Positions 1 to 11,680 of a stretch of 64,000 nt of DNA are shown in pieces. The notes beneath the pieces were generated by a model. The model was not told the DNA's origin and made no database searches. It saw nothing but the letters and a program-made list of their open reading frames with translations. The stretch's first letter is position 1. Each line of letters opens with the position of its first letter. The translations under genes and the position numbers were made by a program. Source of the stretch: Curvularia clavata (lineage: Eukaryota); assembly GCA_023920165.1 (NCBI GenBank), contig CP089276.1, positions 1,488,001-1,552,000 of the forward strand. Direction: 5' to 3'.

Positions 1-1939
1 CAACTCAGCGCGGAATCGGCAAGGGTACTATGGCGACCAAGGCCTGTGAAGATCTGGGTCTACACACATTCTGTATTGACGCTTTCGACATTGTCACAGA
101 AGGGGGTGCTGGAGGTGGCGATGTTAAGACTGAAGGATTTCTCAAAGCAAGAGCAGAGCGAGCTTTGGCATGCGGTGCTGAATATACGGCATTGTTGATC
201 AAACACATTGATGCGCTGACTGCGGACCGTATGAACACTGCGTTAAAAGAGATCCTAGCCGACTCGCGTGTGCTGATTGCAACAACGACCGAAATCGACA
301 AAGTGCCTGAAGGCATTCGAGGACTCTTCACACATGAAATCGATATGACAGCACCAGATGAGGGCGAGCGAGAAGGCATACTAAGGAGCATCATCGATGA
401 CTCTGGTATCAGGCTGTCTCCCGATGCCGATTTGGGCAATGTTGCTGTCAAGACCGCAGCGCTGGTGGCAGGCGATCTTGTCGACGTCGTCGATCGGGCT
501 TTGGTCGCAAAACAGCAACGTCTCGAAGCTCTTGCAGCGTCTGCGACGAAATCGCTCAAGTCAGGAGATGCGGTAACCATACGGGATATCGAGCTTGCCG
601 GTGGTCATGTGAGCAACAGTCTCACAAAAGCTGACTTGGATGGTGCCGTCGACGCAGCACGTAAGAACTTTGCCGATGCGATTGGAGCACCTAAGATCCC
701 CAATGTAGGCTGGTCAGATGTCGGTGGTCTCACACATGTCAAGGACGCAGTCATGGAAACCATTCAGCTGCCGCTGTCGCGCCCAGAACTCTTCGCCAAG
801 GGTATGAAGAAGCGCAGTGGTATCTTGTTCTACGGCCCGCCGGGAACCGGAAAGACACTGCTTGCCAAGGCGATTGCTACGGAGTTCTCGCTCAATTTCT
901 TCAGTGTCAAAGGTCCAGAGTTGCTCAACATGTACATCGGTGAGTCTGAGGCCAACGTGCGACGTGTTTTCCAACGCGCTCGTGATGCACGACCTTGCGT
1001 TGTCTTCTTTGACGAGCTGGACTCTGTTGCACCAAAGCGTGGCAACCAAGGCGATAGCGGTGGTGTTATGGACCGTATTGTCAGTCAGCTTTTGGCCGAA
1101 CTGGACGGTATGAGTGACGGAGGAGAGGGTGTCTTCGTTATCGGTGCAACCAACCGACCGGATTTGCTCGATCAGGCATTGCTGCGGCCGGGTCGCTTTG
1201 ACAAGATGCTTTACCTGGGTGTTTCGGATACCCATGAGAAACAGCAAACCATCTTGGAGGCCTTGACGAGGAAGTACGTACCCATGATCTTCTCTACAGT
1301 CTTGCAAGTGCTAACGTGTGTTGTAGATTTACACTCCATCCCTCGCTCTCTCTACAGCGAGTATCTGAAGGTCTTCCTTTCACATACACAGGTGCTGACA
1401 TGTATGCTCTATGTTCGGACGCCATGCTTAAGGCCATTACGCGCAGTGCCCGCATGGTCGATGACAAAGTCAAGGCCTACAACGACGCACACTCATCCAA
1501 TATCACGATTGCTTACTTCTTTGACCACATAGCCACGGAGGAAGACACGGCGGTCATGGTGACGGAGGAAGACTTCATGGAAGCCCATAGGGAGCTCGTG
1601 CCCAGTGTTAGTGCTGACGAACTTCGCCATTATGATCGCGTGAGGAGGCAGTTTGAGGGTGCGGGCAAGAAAGACGATGAACAGAAAGCAAATGGTGGTC
1701 CAGCACCCCAGCAGTCATCAAGCGGGAAGGGCAAGGGAAAGGCCATCGCGCCAGTGGATGAGACTGATGGCATAACCATTCGGGCCGCAAACATCGAGCT
1801 CAATGGCGATGGCGATGGTACAGCACCTGGTAGCGGCAAAGGTAAAGCTGCTACTTCCAACCATGGCAGTAAGAGCAGCGTGGATATTGCCGAGGGCGGT
1901 TTCGGGGAGTCTACCGAAGACGGTGATCTGTACTCTTGA
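1..1939 (+). CDS. PEX6: Peroxisomal biogenesis AAA ATPase Pex6 (5' end outside the window); intron 1274-1326
   Basis: Degenerate D1 domain, then 'DAIGAPKIPNVGWSDVGGL', Walker A GPPGTGKT, Walker B 'VVFFDELDS', 'RGNQGDSGGVMDRIVSQLLAELDG' and SRH 'LLRPGRFDK'. A GTACGT...CTAAC...TAG intron joins ORF 30-1532 to ORF 1316-1939 (…ALTRK/FTLHP…'YTGADMYALCSDA'). Confidence 0.95.
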
Positions 1940-2801
1940 TCTTATTCGTTTAACAGAGACATGGCTGGGCATGCTTACGTCAGTATAGCTTTAATACAAC
2001 GACCTTGTACGTCAGCAACTTGGTTCCGCAGTCGTATTCTGAAATGACAAGTGAAATTATGACTCGATGTAGGCATTGGCAGTCGCTCAATGCATATCAT
2101 GTTAGCAGGATCGTCATCTTACACGCTCTATTTCCCCCTGCTAGTCAAGGCTCGTGATGTGGATCTGCTCGCAAACGGACCGAAGTACAAGCTTAACTGA
2201 GCACGAGCTTAAGTTCATACGACAAGAGAGTAACAAACGTCTTTTATCTGCTGTTGTGTTCCATTCAGACATGACGATACTGCTTTGGAGACATGAACAA
2301 TCAAGGGAAGGCCATTTCGCCACTGGCATGCAAGCAGCATGTGTGGTTTTCACAGCCTCACAGTAAAGCATGTATTATGTACATCATGTAAGCACACTAC
2401 CTATTGATCGTCATGCACAACCTAGACATTTTCTCGAATGGATCCGCGTAACCAAGAGACTCCACATAGCCCTGTACTGTCATCTTCGGTGCTTCACCTG
2501 TACTTGATATGGTGGAGAGCAACATACAGGGCCTATTTGAGGTCAATCACCACCAAAACCTCTTACTGCTGACTACGCCGGGTCAAGGATAGGATTATCC
2601 GTGGAGCAGCCGTAAAACGTGTTTCAAGCAAGGGACACTTGATATGAGAGAACGGAAATAGTATAAGGGAGAGAATTTGAGCCCTGTTCTTCTTCCTCGA
2701 CTTTGCTGCTACAAAGTGTATTTGTATGTTCGCTCCAGCTGTTTCGACTCTTTCTATCAATTTCCACTGAGTACCAACACTCCTTTCAAGCCTCCCTTAA
2801 T

Positions 2802-3533
2802 ATGAAGCCCTTCGTCCTCGGGGCCGCAGCCATATCTGCCACCACGGCCACTGCCGCAACCACCATCGTCATCTCTCTAGGCTCCTGCACCGACGCCTCC
2901 AAGCAAACCCCCTTTGAGCTCTCTACGGGCGTCACCACCCCATTGCCCTCCAACGGCAGTCCCTTCTGCAGCGTAAAAATCAACAACGTATCCCTGGACC
3001 TCGTCCGCGACACAGCCCAATGCTACGTCTTCGGCGCCAACGCCCAAACCCCAATCAAAGTTGCCTCCTTCCTCGGAGGCCCCTACACTGGCAACACCCC
3101 CCTAACCTCAATCCTCTGCAGCGCCAACAACGCCGACGAACCTCCCAGTAGCTCAGAGCCCCAGCCCTCCGACCCACTCATCAGCAACGGTCCACGTCTG
3201 CCCCATGCCGCGAGACAGGAAGTCGGAACCCCAGAGGAACCGACCACCAAGCCTCAAAAGCGCGAGCCTTTACCACATCCTACATCCGATACCTTCTGGG
3301 CTCAAATCCCCGACAAACGCCATGACAACCAAAACAAGCGTGAAAATACCCCTACTACATCCCTTCCCCCCATGGAGTCTCGAAAGCCAAAGCGTGAGGC
3401 GGCGCCTGAGCCTACGGATGGGCCTTTTTCTCCTATTGGCGGTCATGGGAGGGGAAGGCGTCAGGAAATTCAGAAGCCGAATGATCCGATTAGTTACGGG
3501 AAGCGTGATATTGATGTCGGAGGAGACAAGTAG
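2802..3533 (+). CDS. Secreted protein: signal peptide, small 4-Cys domain, Pro-rich tail with multiple KR/RR sites (KEX2-processed precursor-like)
   Basis: ATG at 2802 gives MKPFVLGAAAISATTATAA (signal-like). Four Cys in the N-terminal ~110 aa. Dibasic sites QKR-EP, DKR-HD, NKR-EN, PKR-EA, GRR-QE, GKR-DI. Confidence 0.75.
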   Translation: MKPFVLGAAAISATTATAATTIVISLGSCTDASKQTPFELSTGVTTPLPSNGSPFCSVKINNVSLDLVRDTAQCYVFGANAQTPIKVASFLGGPYTGNTPLTSILCSANNADEPPSSSEPQPSDPLISNGPRLPHAARQEVGTPEEPTTKPQKREPLPHPTSDTFWAQIPDKRHDNQNKRENTPTTSLPPMESRKPKREAAPEPTDGPFSPIGGHGRGRRQEIQKPNDPISYGKRDIDVGGDK

Positions 3534-4499
3534 GTGGAGAACAGGGAGCGTGCGCCTGTATAGTTGTCACTGCCGAGTCGGAGATGAAGGAGTTGCTGAG
3601 GTTGTGAGCTGTGGACGCGGTAGCGATTGTGGGGTATGGCAGTAATGTTATAATACCTTGAAGAGAAGAGCGGGAGACATACTTACATCGGGAAGAAGAA
3701 CATGTATAATTCGTATCAATAACAATTAGGTATAAAAAACATTGAAGTCACTGAACACAACATCACTTTTGGTAACATTGAAAACACCTTTCTAAAAGTC
3801 AAATCATCACTATTAATTACCACAACTACTTCTCCTATCTTACAAGTCCAACTTTCATAAAAGAAGAAAGACGCTGCCATATCCGTCATCATCAAAAACG
3901 ACAAAAAAAAACGCCAGTACTAAAAACAAAAACACAACATTTTTCATCGGTGTGCGACAAAGGAAAACCCGGCTGGTCGATAGCCAAAGATGCTCACACG
4001 ATAATCCCAACCCTCTTGAGGCCTCAAAGAGGCTTGGAAAAATCGCGGCATGATTCGTGGTAGAAGCGATGGTGGCTGGTGACGATCGATGCGTCCATCG
4101 AAACATACCAAGAAAGCAGAAGTTCCCCAAAAAAATGACAAACAAGAACAATCCCAAACGCTGATTTTGACAAGACCAAAAAAAGAAACCCGAAACGATT
4201 TAGCTGACTCCTTCTCTTTCTCTCACCACTATCGGCTCAGCCCTTTCGCTTCTTCCTTGAGGAAATTTCCTCCTTTTTTCCTTTTCTTCTCTTGCTCGCC
4301 AAAGCACGACAAAAAGGTGTGACCTTCAGACCCCCCGATCTTCCAGCTCTTATTGCAGCGCTTCTGCATTGAAAAGAAGAAAGAAAAAATGAATAGAACG
4401 ATCCATCAAAGAAGAAGGAAAAGGTGAGGAAAGAGGTGAGAGGCGGAGAGGAATTCCCACATTAGAAAACTCCCCCGTTCGCATCACCTAAAAAGATGC

Positions 4500-7400
4500 T
4501 TATTTCTTTCCAAGCAGGCCGCCGACCATGCTCATAGGTCCGCTGCCACCCTTCTTCTTCTTCTTGTCACCACCAAGCATATCGGTGATGCCGCCAAGGC
4601 CGAGTCCGCCGAGCAACTTGTTGATGCCAAGTCCACCCAGTAGACCGTTGACCAAGCCACCGAGACCAAGGCCGTTGAGCAGTCTACCAACAAGGTTGAG
4701 AACACCAGTTAGCAGCAGGCCGACGGCAGCAATGATCTGGAAGAGAGGCTCGGTGAGAAGAGCCCAGAGAGGGTTGAGCTTCTTCTTGGCGTGGGGCATG
4801 TCGGAGATCTTCTTCTTTGCGTTGTCAATAGTAGTGACGACAGTGGTAGTAAGCTCCTTAAGGTTATCAGCAAGCTTGTATTCCTCGGGTGAGGCTTCTC
4901 CAGTTTGCTGGCGGCCCTTGGCTTGGGCAGCGATGCGGCCATCGGGATCAAGACCACGGAGAGAGCCGTTGCACTCGTTGAGGATGCGGGATCCTTCCTC
5001 GATGAGTGGCTTGACGTTGTTGACAAGTTCCTCTTCGTCAAGCTCGTCACGTGGCGTGCGGTCGGCTTGCTCAATGTACTGTAGAGAGTTAGTGGTTGCT
5101 CTTGAGAGGGGGTATCAGATATTAATGTCAAACATACCTCTGTGATTTGCTTCATGACAGGCTGAATACGCTGAAGAGTGTCCTCGCAGATGGCGGACAT
5201 CTTCTTGGCGAGCTCAGAGTCTTCACGACGCTGCCTCTCCTCGTCGGTCTCCTCTTCAGGCTCCTCTTCCTGGATGTTCTCAAGAAGAGTGACCTCTCCA
5301 ACCTTGTTTCCGTCGTTGTCGACGACGTATCCGTTGTCATCAATCTCAAGACCAGCGCAGTGACCAAGGTCACCGGCAGTGAGACGACCGATAATGTCAC
5401 CGTTCTCGTCACGGACCTCACCCTCTTTGTTGACACGCATGCCAGCCATGGGGTTGATGCGGCGCTCCTTCTCCTCGGGCTCCCAGCGCTCGGCCTTACC
5501 AATGACGTTTCCGTTCTTGTCATTGATGTCACCGTCCTCATCGACCTTGTGTCCCTCGAGCTTCTTGATGTCGCCCTCGATGACACGTCCGATGATTTCG
5601 CCAGAGGGAGTCTGGACGGTACCGTCCTTGGCGACAATAGCAGAGTCGAAGCCAGCGAATGGTCCCTCGGGTCCGGATTGGTATCCATGGACAAGCTCAG
5701 CACGTCCAATGACGTTGCCTTCGTTGTCCCAAATCTGGCCCTTGCCGTCGACCTTCTTGCCGATCATGGTAGATGGATCACCCTCAGCAACGCGACCTCT
5801 AACGGTGCCGCTGGAGTCGACAACGTTACCGGCCTTGTTGACAGTGCAGCCAGCAAGCGAGCTGAGGTCGACTTCCTCTTCTTCCTCTTCCTCCCATGGC
5901 TCGGCATGGCCCTTGACATTGCCGTACTTATCGATGATATCACCATCTTCATCGACAGTGTGTCCGACAAGCCTCTTCGGGTCGCCCTCGGTGAGTTGTC
6001 CGACACGGTTGCCGTCGTTGTCCTCGACAAATCCGTCCTTGACGACGCGGAGGCCTTCGAAGCCGGCGAATGGGCCTTCCTTGCGCTCGGGGCGCTCGTT
6101 GGGAGGAATGAGCTCGCAGCGACCGACAACCTTGCCAGTGTCGCCGTGAATGAGACCCTCGCCATCAGACTTGCGTCCGGCGAGCTCTCCAAGGTTACCC
6201 TCGACAAGCTTTCCGATGGGAATGCCCTCACTGTTGACAAGGTAACCTTGCTTGTTGAGAGTAAGACCGTCAAGCACGGAGAGATCGGCAGGCTCTTCCT
6301 CAGGCTCTTCCTCGAGAGGCTCAGCGTGGCCCTTGACATTGCCATACTTGTCGAGAATGTCACCGTCCTCGTCTACAGCCATGCCAACAAGACGCTTAGC
6401 ATTGCCTTCGACAATCTGGCCAACGGTGTTACCATCCTCATCGGCGATCATGCCGCCCTGAACAACACGGAGACCCTCGAGGCCAGCAAAGATGCCCTCG
6501 GGCTTGGACTCACGCTCCTCCTCAGGGATGAGCTCGCAACGACCAATCTGCTTGCCAGTGTCGTTGAAGATGAGACCGTCTTCGTTGATCTTGCGGCCTG
6601 CAAGCTCCTTGGGGTTGCCTTCGACGAGGCGGCCAATTGGAACGCCATCGTCGCCAATGACGTTACCCTGCTTGTTGACAGTACGGCCTGCAAGGGCAGA
6701 GAGGTCTGCTGGCGCCTCCTCCTCGGGCTCCTCTTCTTCAGGCTCCTCGTAGCGTTCAGCGTGACCGACAACGGAGCCCTTCTTGTCGAGAATGTCACCG
6801 TCTTCGTCGACAGCACGTCCAACGAGCTTCTTAGCGTCGCCCTCGACGACTTGGCCGACGCGGTTGCCCTTGTCGTCTTCGACGAAGCCATCCTTGACAA
6901 CTACAAGGCCCTCGAGACCAGCGAAAGGAGCTTCCTCTTCGCCTTCTTCTTGAGGAACAGTCTGGGCGCGGCCAATGACCCGGCCCTTGTTGTCCCAGAA
7001 TTGGCCCTGGTCGTCGCAGGTAAGGCCTGACTTGGAGAGCTTCTTGGCGTCGCCCTCAATCAGTTCGCCAACAATGTTGCCGTTGTTGTCAATGAGCTTT
7101 CCAGCCTTGTTGACAGCGAGACCGTCAAGGATGGACAGAGGTGGACGGCCATCGTCGTACTCTTCTTCGGCCTCTTCAGCGCCCTCCTCAGCATCCTCGG
7201 CGGCCTCTTCAGCCTCACCAACCTGCTGCTCGACCATTCTAGGGAGGGCCTTGACCTTGCCGATGACGTTGCCATCCTTGTCAAGTACCTCTCCGTTGGC
7301 GTTGATCTTCTTGCCAGCGCAGGCAGCGGCGTCACCCTCGATGAGTTCGCCGATAGGCTCACCATCCTCATCAAGGACCTGGCCCTTCTTGTTGACCTTG

Positions 7401-9760
7401 AGGCCCTCGAGCTCGTTGATTTCTGGGGTGATTTCAACTTGCTTGACTTCAGGCTCTTCGACCTGGGAGGCGTCGACCATCTTGGGTAGGGCCTTGACCT
7501 TGCCAAGAACGTTTCCGTCCTTGTCAACGACCTCGCCCTTGGCATTGATCTTGTTGCCAGCACACTTGGCGAGATCGCCTTCAATGAGCTCACCAATCTC
7601 CTCGCCATCCTCATCGAGAACCTTGCCCTTCTTGTTGACCTTGAAGCCTTCAAGTTCGTCGATGTCGGGAGTGATCTCCTTCATTTCAGGCTCACCCTCT
7701 TCCTCGCCTTCTTCGGCTTCCTCGCCATCCAAAGGCTCACCAAGCTCCTCCTTGAGCTCCTTGATGGCGTTAAAGGCAGCCTCTCCGGGAATAACATTGA
7801 CCTTGCCAATGACATTGCCGTCCTTGTCGAGGACTTCGCCCTTCTCGTTGACCTTCTTACCGGCGCATTCGTCAAGCTCGCCTTCAGCAAGCTCGCCAAT
7901 CTCTTCGCCATCAGAGTCGAGGATCTTGCCCTTCTTGTTGACCTTGAGGCCGTTGAGGATTCTGGGGTCAAGAGCGCCAGCAGCGGACTCCTTGAGCTTG
8001 TCAGCGGCGCCCTCGGCCAGCTCGACCGTGCCGAGAACATTGCCGTCTTGGTCGACGACCTCACCCTTGTCATTAACGGTGAGGCCCTTGACACCCTCAA
8101 TGTTCTCAAGGTCGCCTTCGGCAACATTGCCGACAACATCACCGTCATCATTGAGGATCTCGCCGCTGCTGTTGATTTCCATGCCCTCAAGGGCCTCGAC
8201 GCCAGGAAGTTCGTCTTCAACCTCAGCGGCCTTCTCCTCGACGCCTTCCTTAGCATCTTCGGCAGCGTTGGCGACACCGTCCTTAGCTTGCTCAGCAGCG
8301 TCGGTGACACCATCGAGAGCATCGCCTCCCTCCTCGTCCTCATCCTCGTCGTCCTGCTGGTACGCAGGGAGGTCGGCGGCCTCGGGGGAAAGCTCAGCCT
8401 TGGCAATTACGTTGCCATCATCGTCAAGAATCTCGCCGTTCTCGTTGAACTCGCGGCCCTGGATGTCGGCTGGGTCGCCTTCAACAAGGTGACCAACAAA
8501 GTCACCGTCCTCGTTGAGAATCTGACCAGAGCGGTCGGCAGTGAGGCCCTTGAGAATGCTAATGTCAGGCATCTTGCCGGTAGCACCCTGAAGTTGCTGT
8601 TCAGCGAGCTCAGGGGTGAGTTCGCAGCGGCCGACAAGGTCACCATCGTCATCGAGAATTTCTCCGTTGTCGCCGATAGGGTAGCCAGCAAGGTCCTCAG
8701 CGTCACCTTCAACCAGGCGGCCGATAATGTTGCCCTCCTGGTTCTTGATGAGGCCGTCCTCGTCTACCTCAAGACCCTTGAGGATGCTGAGGTCGGGGGT
8801 GGCATCCTCAACGGCACCCTGAGCCTGATCCTGGACGTCTCCTGCCTTATCCTGGACATCGCCTACTTTGTCCTGAGCAGTCTCAGCAGCGTCGTTGGCG
8901 GTGTCCTGAGCACCCTGTGCGGTTTCTTCGACACCTTCCTGAGCATCGCCAGCAGCATCCTGTACTGCTCCCTGAGGATCTTGTTTGGCCTTGCCCGCAA
9001 GGTTGGATGCTCGGCCAGCGAGACCACGAGCGCCGCTCAACGCGCCTTCTCCAGCCTGCTTGCCGGTGTCAGCAGCCTTGCTGGCGGTGTCGGTGGCGTC
9101 GTCTTCGGTGTTATCGGCAGTGTCTTCGGCGTTGTCACCTGCCTTTTGTGTGGCATCGTCGCCAGTCTCTTCTGCCTCTTCGTCGGCATCGTCTTCGTCG
9201 TCGTCGTCAAGTGGCTTGGGTTCAGCGTGCTCCAGCTCGTCGCCGGCTTGCGAAACCTTGCCAGTGGCTTCTCCTGCGGTATCTTCGGCCTTGCCCTTGA
9301 CATCTTGTCCAGCTTCCTCTCCCTTCTGGGTAATGTCTTCGAATGTGTTCTCTCCTTCGTCCTGTGCCTCCTGGGCCTTTTCCTGTCCTTGCTGCTTCAA
9401 GTCTTCTGCCTGCTCGGGCAGGTCGGGGGTGGGGGCGTCCTCCGACTTGCCTACCTGAGGCTTGTTGAGCTTGGGAGCAGATGTCTGGGGCTTCCTGCCG
9501 AGCTTGGTGGGGGTGCGGGGGGTGTCACCCTTTCCTGCTGCTGGGGAAGGCATGTTGCTGTATAGAACGCTCGAGACGTTGTATGAATTATCGTGACCGT
9601 GGTGTGCCGTGTTGGATGATATTGTGTAGGAAGAAGCTCTGTAGCTTTTTCCTGATACGTTGCTTGATACTGACTGAGAGCGTGCGGAACGGGGGGAATT
9701 CCTATTAGGGGTTGGGGGGAAAGAATAGTAGGAGTAGTTGTGGGAAGAGTTATCGGTCAT
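4500..9760 (-). CDS. Large LEA-like/DUF3659-type repeat protein with a helical C-terminal domain and Gly/Leu-rich tail; intron 5079-5137
   Basis: ORF 4709-9760 has an acidic A/Q/D/E LEA-like N-terminus and 15 repeats of LxGxxVxxxGxxxDxxGxxxGxxxEGD. A GTATGT...CTAAC...CAG intron shifts into the frame ending at 4500 (…'LRGLDPDGRIAA'…'LGGLGLGG'). The start may instead be the internal Met of MPSPAAG. Confidence 0.88.
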
Positions 9761-11680
9761 ATATCAATTGACGAATGGGTCGTCTTTGTAGTGAGAAGTA
9801 CTTGCAGCATGTCAGAAAAAGCAGGCCTTTATGAGACGCCTGTATGATACTGGGCCCATCTGGGACAGATGACGTCGAATCCGCCTCTGGTTGAGGCGGC
9901 TTCGTGCCTCTTTGGCATGGTAAACCTGATTTGGCGCCGCACCGTGTGCAACGAACGGGAGGAGTATTGCGTCACACTACCGACTAGATTTGGCTTGGGG
10001 GCGGGGCGTCAGGCCATGCTGGGTGATTTGGTGTCCACTCAGCGTGGTGGGACAGGGCAGGCTGGCAGGGAGAAGCAAGGGGGGGTTACGGCCTGTGGCT
10101 GACATCGGAATGGCATGGCGCAGAAATCGACGATGAGCCGCGGAGAGTGGGCTGGTGCTAAGGATTGGATGCATGCAGGAGGGCTGAAACACCTAGCCAC
10201 AGAACCCTCTAATCCGGAGTACTGTGGTCCTCACAGTGGTTTTTTTGCTTGGCGACATGGACGGAGGAGACGAGTGAGCGACGTCAGTACAGTGAGGCAT
10301 TGTCCAAGTCAGACCACCAGTACGAATTTGACAGTCTATCTTGAGCAGATCAATTACAAAAGTGAAATGGCATCGCGCAATCAAGGCTGGTCTAGCAAAA
10401 GCAAGCAGTCGAGTACAGGTAGAGTCCAGGCCCCGATCGACGACACTGTGGCTGAGCCGGTGCTGTGGATCGTGTGTAGAAGCCGTAGAGGGCGGGCGGC
10501 GATGATGTGGCCCCGTTATCACCACCGAGAGAGCAAGTCGAGCCGTGTTGGAGGCAGCAAAGCAAGTCGACAAGCAAGCAAGCAGGTTACGAGCAACGGG
10601 TGGACGCGCATGAAGTGGGAGCGACTGACATCATACCGCTGGGAGCTCCCCTGTTCGATGCTCGCTTAGTCCGGCCATAGCTTCACGGCGAACGCCACGA
10701 GCCCGCCCCATGGCAAGGACAGTGGCCTGGACAGCTTCCCAGGGCCAAAGCAGACCCTGCGTCAGAGGGACGGGTGTCAATTGGAAAATCAGGCACACGG
10801 CAAGCCGCCCGCTCGGGTTCGAATTCCCATGCCACGATGATTGCGTGAACGTGAGCTCATTGCCAGTGCACCCGCCCGCCTAAAATTACCTGTGAACGGC
10901 GGGGCAGCGAGGAGGGAGCTCGAGCTCGATTCCAACGGGCGACGGCGCGACGTTGAGCCTTTCGTCTCCCACGCACAGGTACACGGGTCCGATGTGACTG
11001 ACACGCTGTCGCAGAACCCTATTGCACCATGTATGCATGTCCTTTCTAGCCGCGTCGGGGACTTGGCCGTGGCCGTATATCAAAAGCAACTCGTCTGCGG
11101 TATTCGGGCTCTCCGTTTTGAGCAATTTGCTGCCAGCCGCATGCACACAAGCAATTCTTCATCGGTGTGCAGCATTGTCGTTTCAGCCCGTGCAGCCCCT
11201 CCTCTTGGTCGAGTCAAGTAAATTATGGCAGCCGTGTACATTCTCGTTGGTGCAAGGAAAATAAAAACCAAAGCTCAAAGTCTGGGTCGGTGACGAGGTC
11301 TGATGTCACTAGCTGGCCCATCTTGGCAGGTGGCGGCACGGGACGGGGATTGCTCGCCTGTGTCCCCGCGAATCATGTCCAACGGCTGCCTGTGCTCTGC
11401 TCCTTTGGGCCTTTTGCTTGCTCTCGATACTCGCGTCTGCATCCTTTGTCCTCATGATCGTGCAATCAAATCCGCCACACCACCACGACCCCCTTTACAT
11501 AATCTAGCAACAAGAGTTTTCGTTTTTACGGATTACTCTTCCAGAGACGGATTCAAATTAACAGTTACGACTAGTCCATACCACCGACGACATTACTTTG
11601 CATATCCCAAAAGAAGCAACAAAACCTGTTAATTAGCATCACCTTTCGCACGTGACGTAGCAACAACGTAGAAACCCCTA

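Noticed and set aside
3716..4490. A-rich tract with short ORFs
   Set aside because: Consistent with the T-rich 3' UTR/terminator region of convergent genes; no coding signal.
5147..9565. Long plus-strand ORFs (627, 505 and 505 aa) antisense to the repeat protein
   Set aside because: Shadow ORFs expected from strong codon bias and repeats in the real minus-strand gene. The translations are low-complexity with no motifs.
10812..10835. GGGTTCGAATTCCC resembling a tRNA T-arm/B-box
   Set aside because: No A-box, D-arm, anticodon arm or acceptor stem can be built around it.
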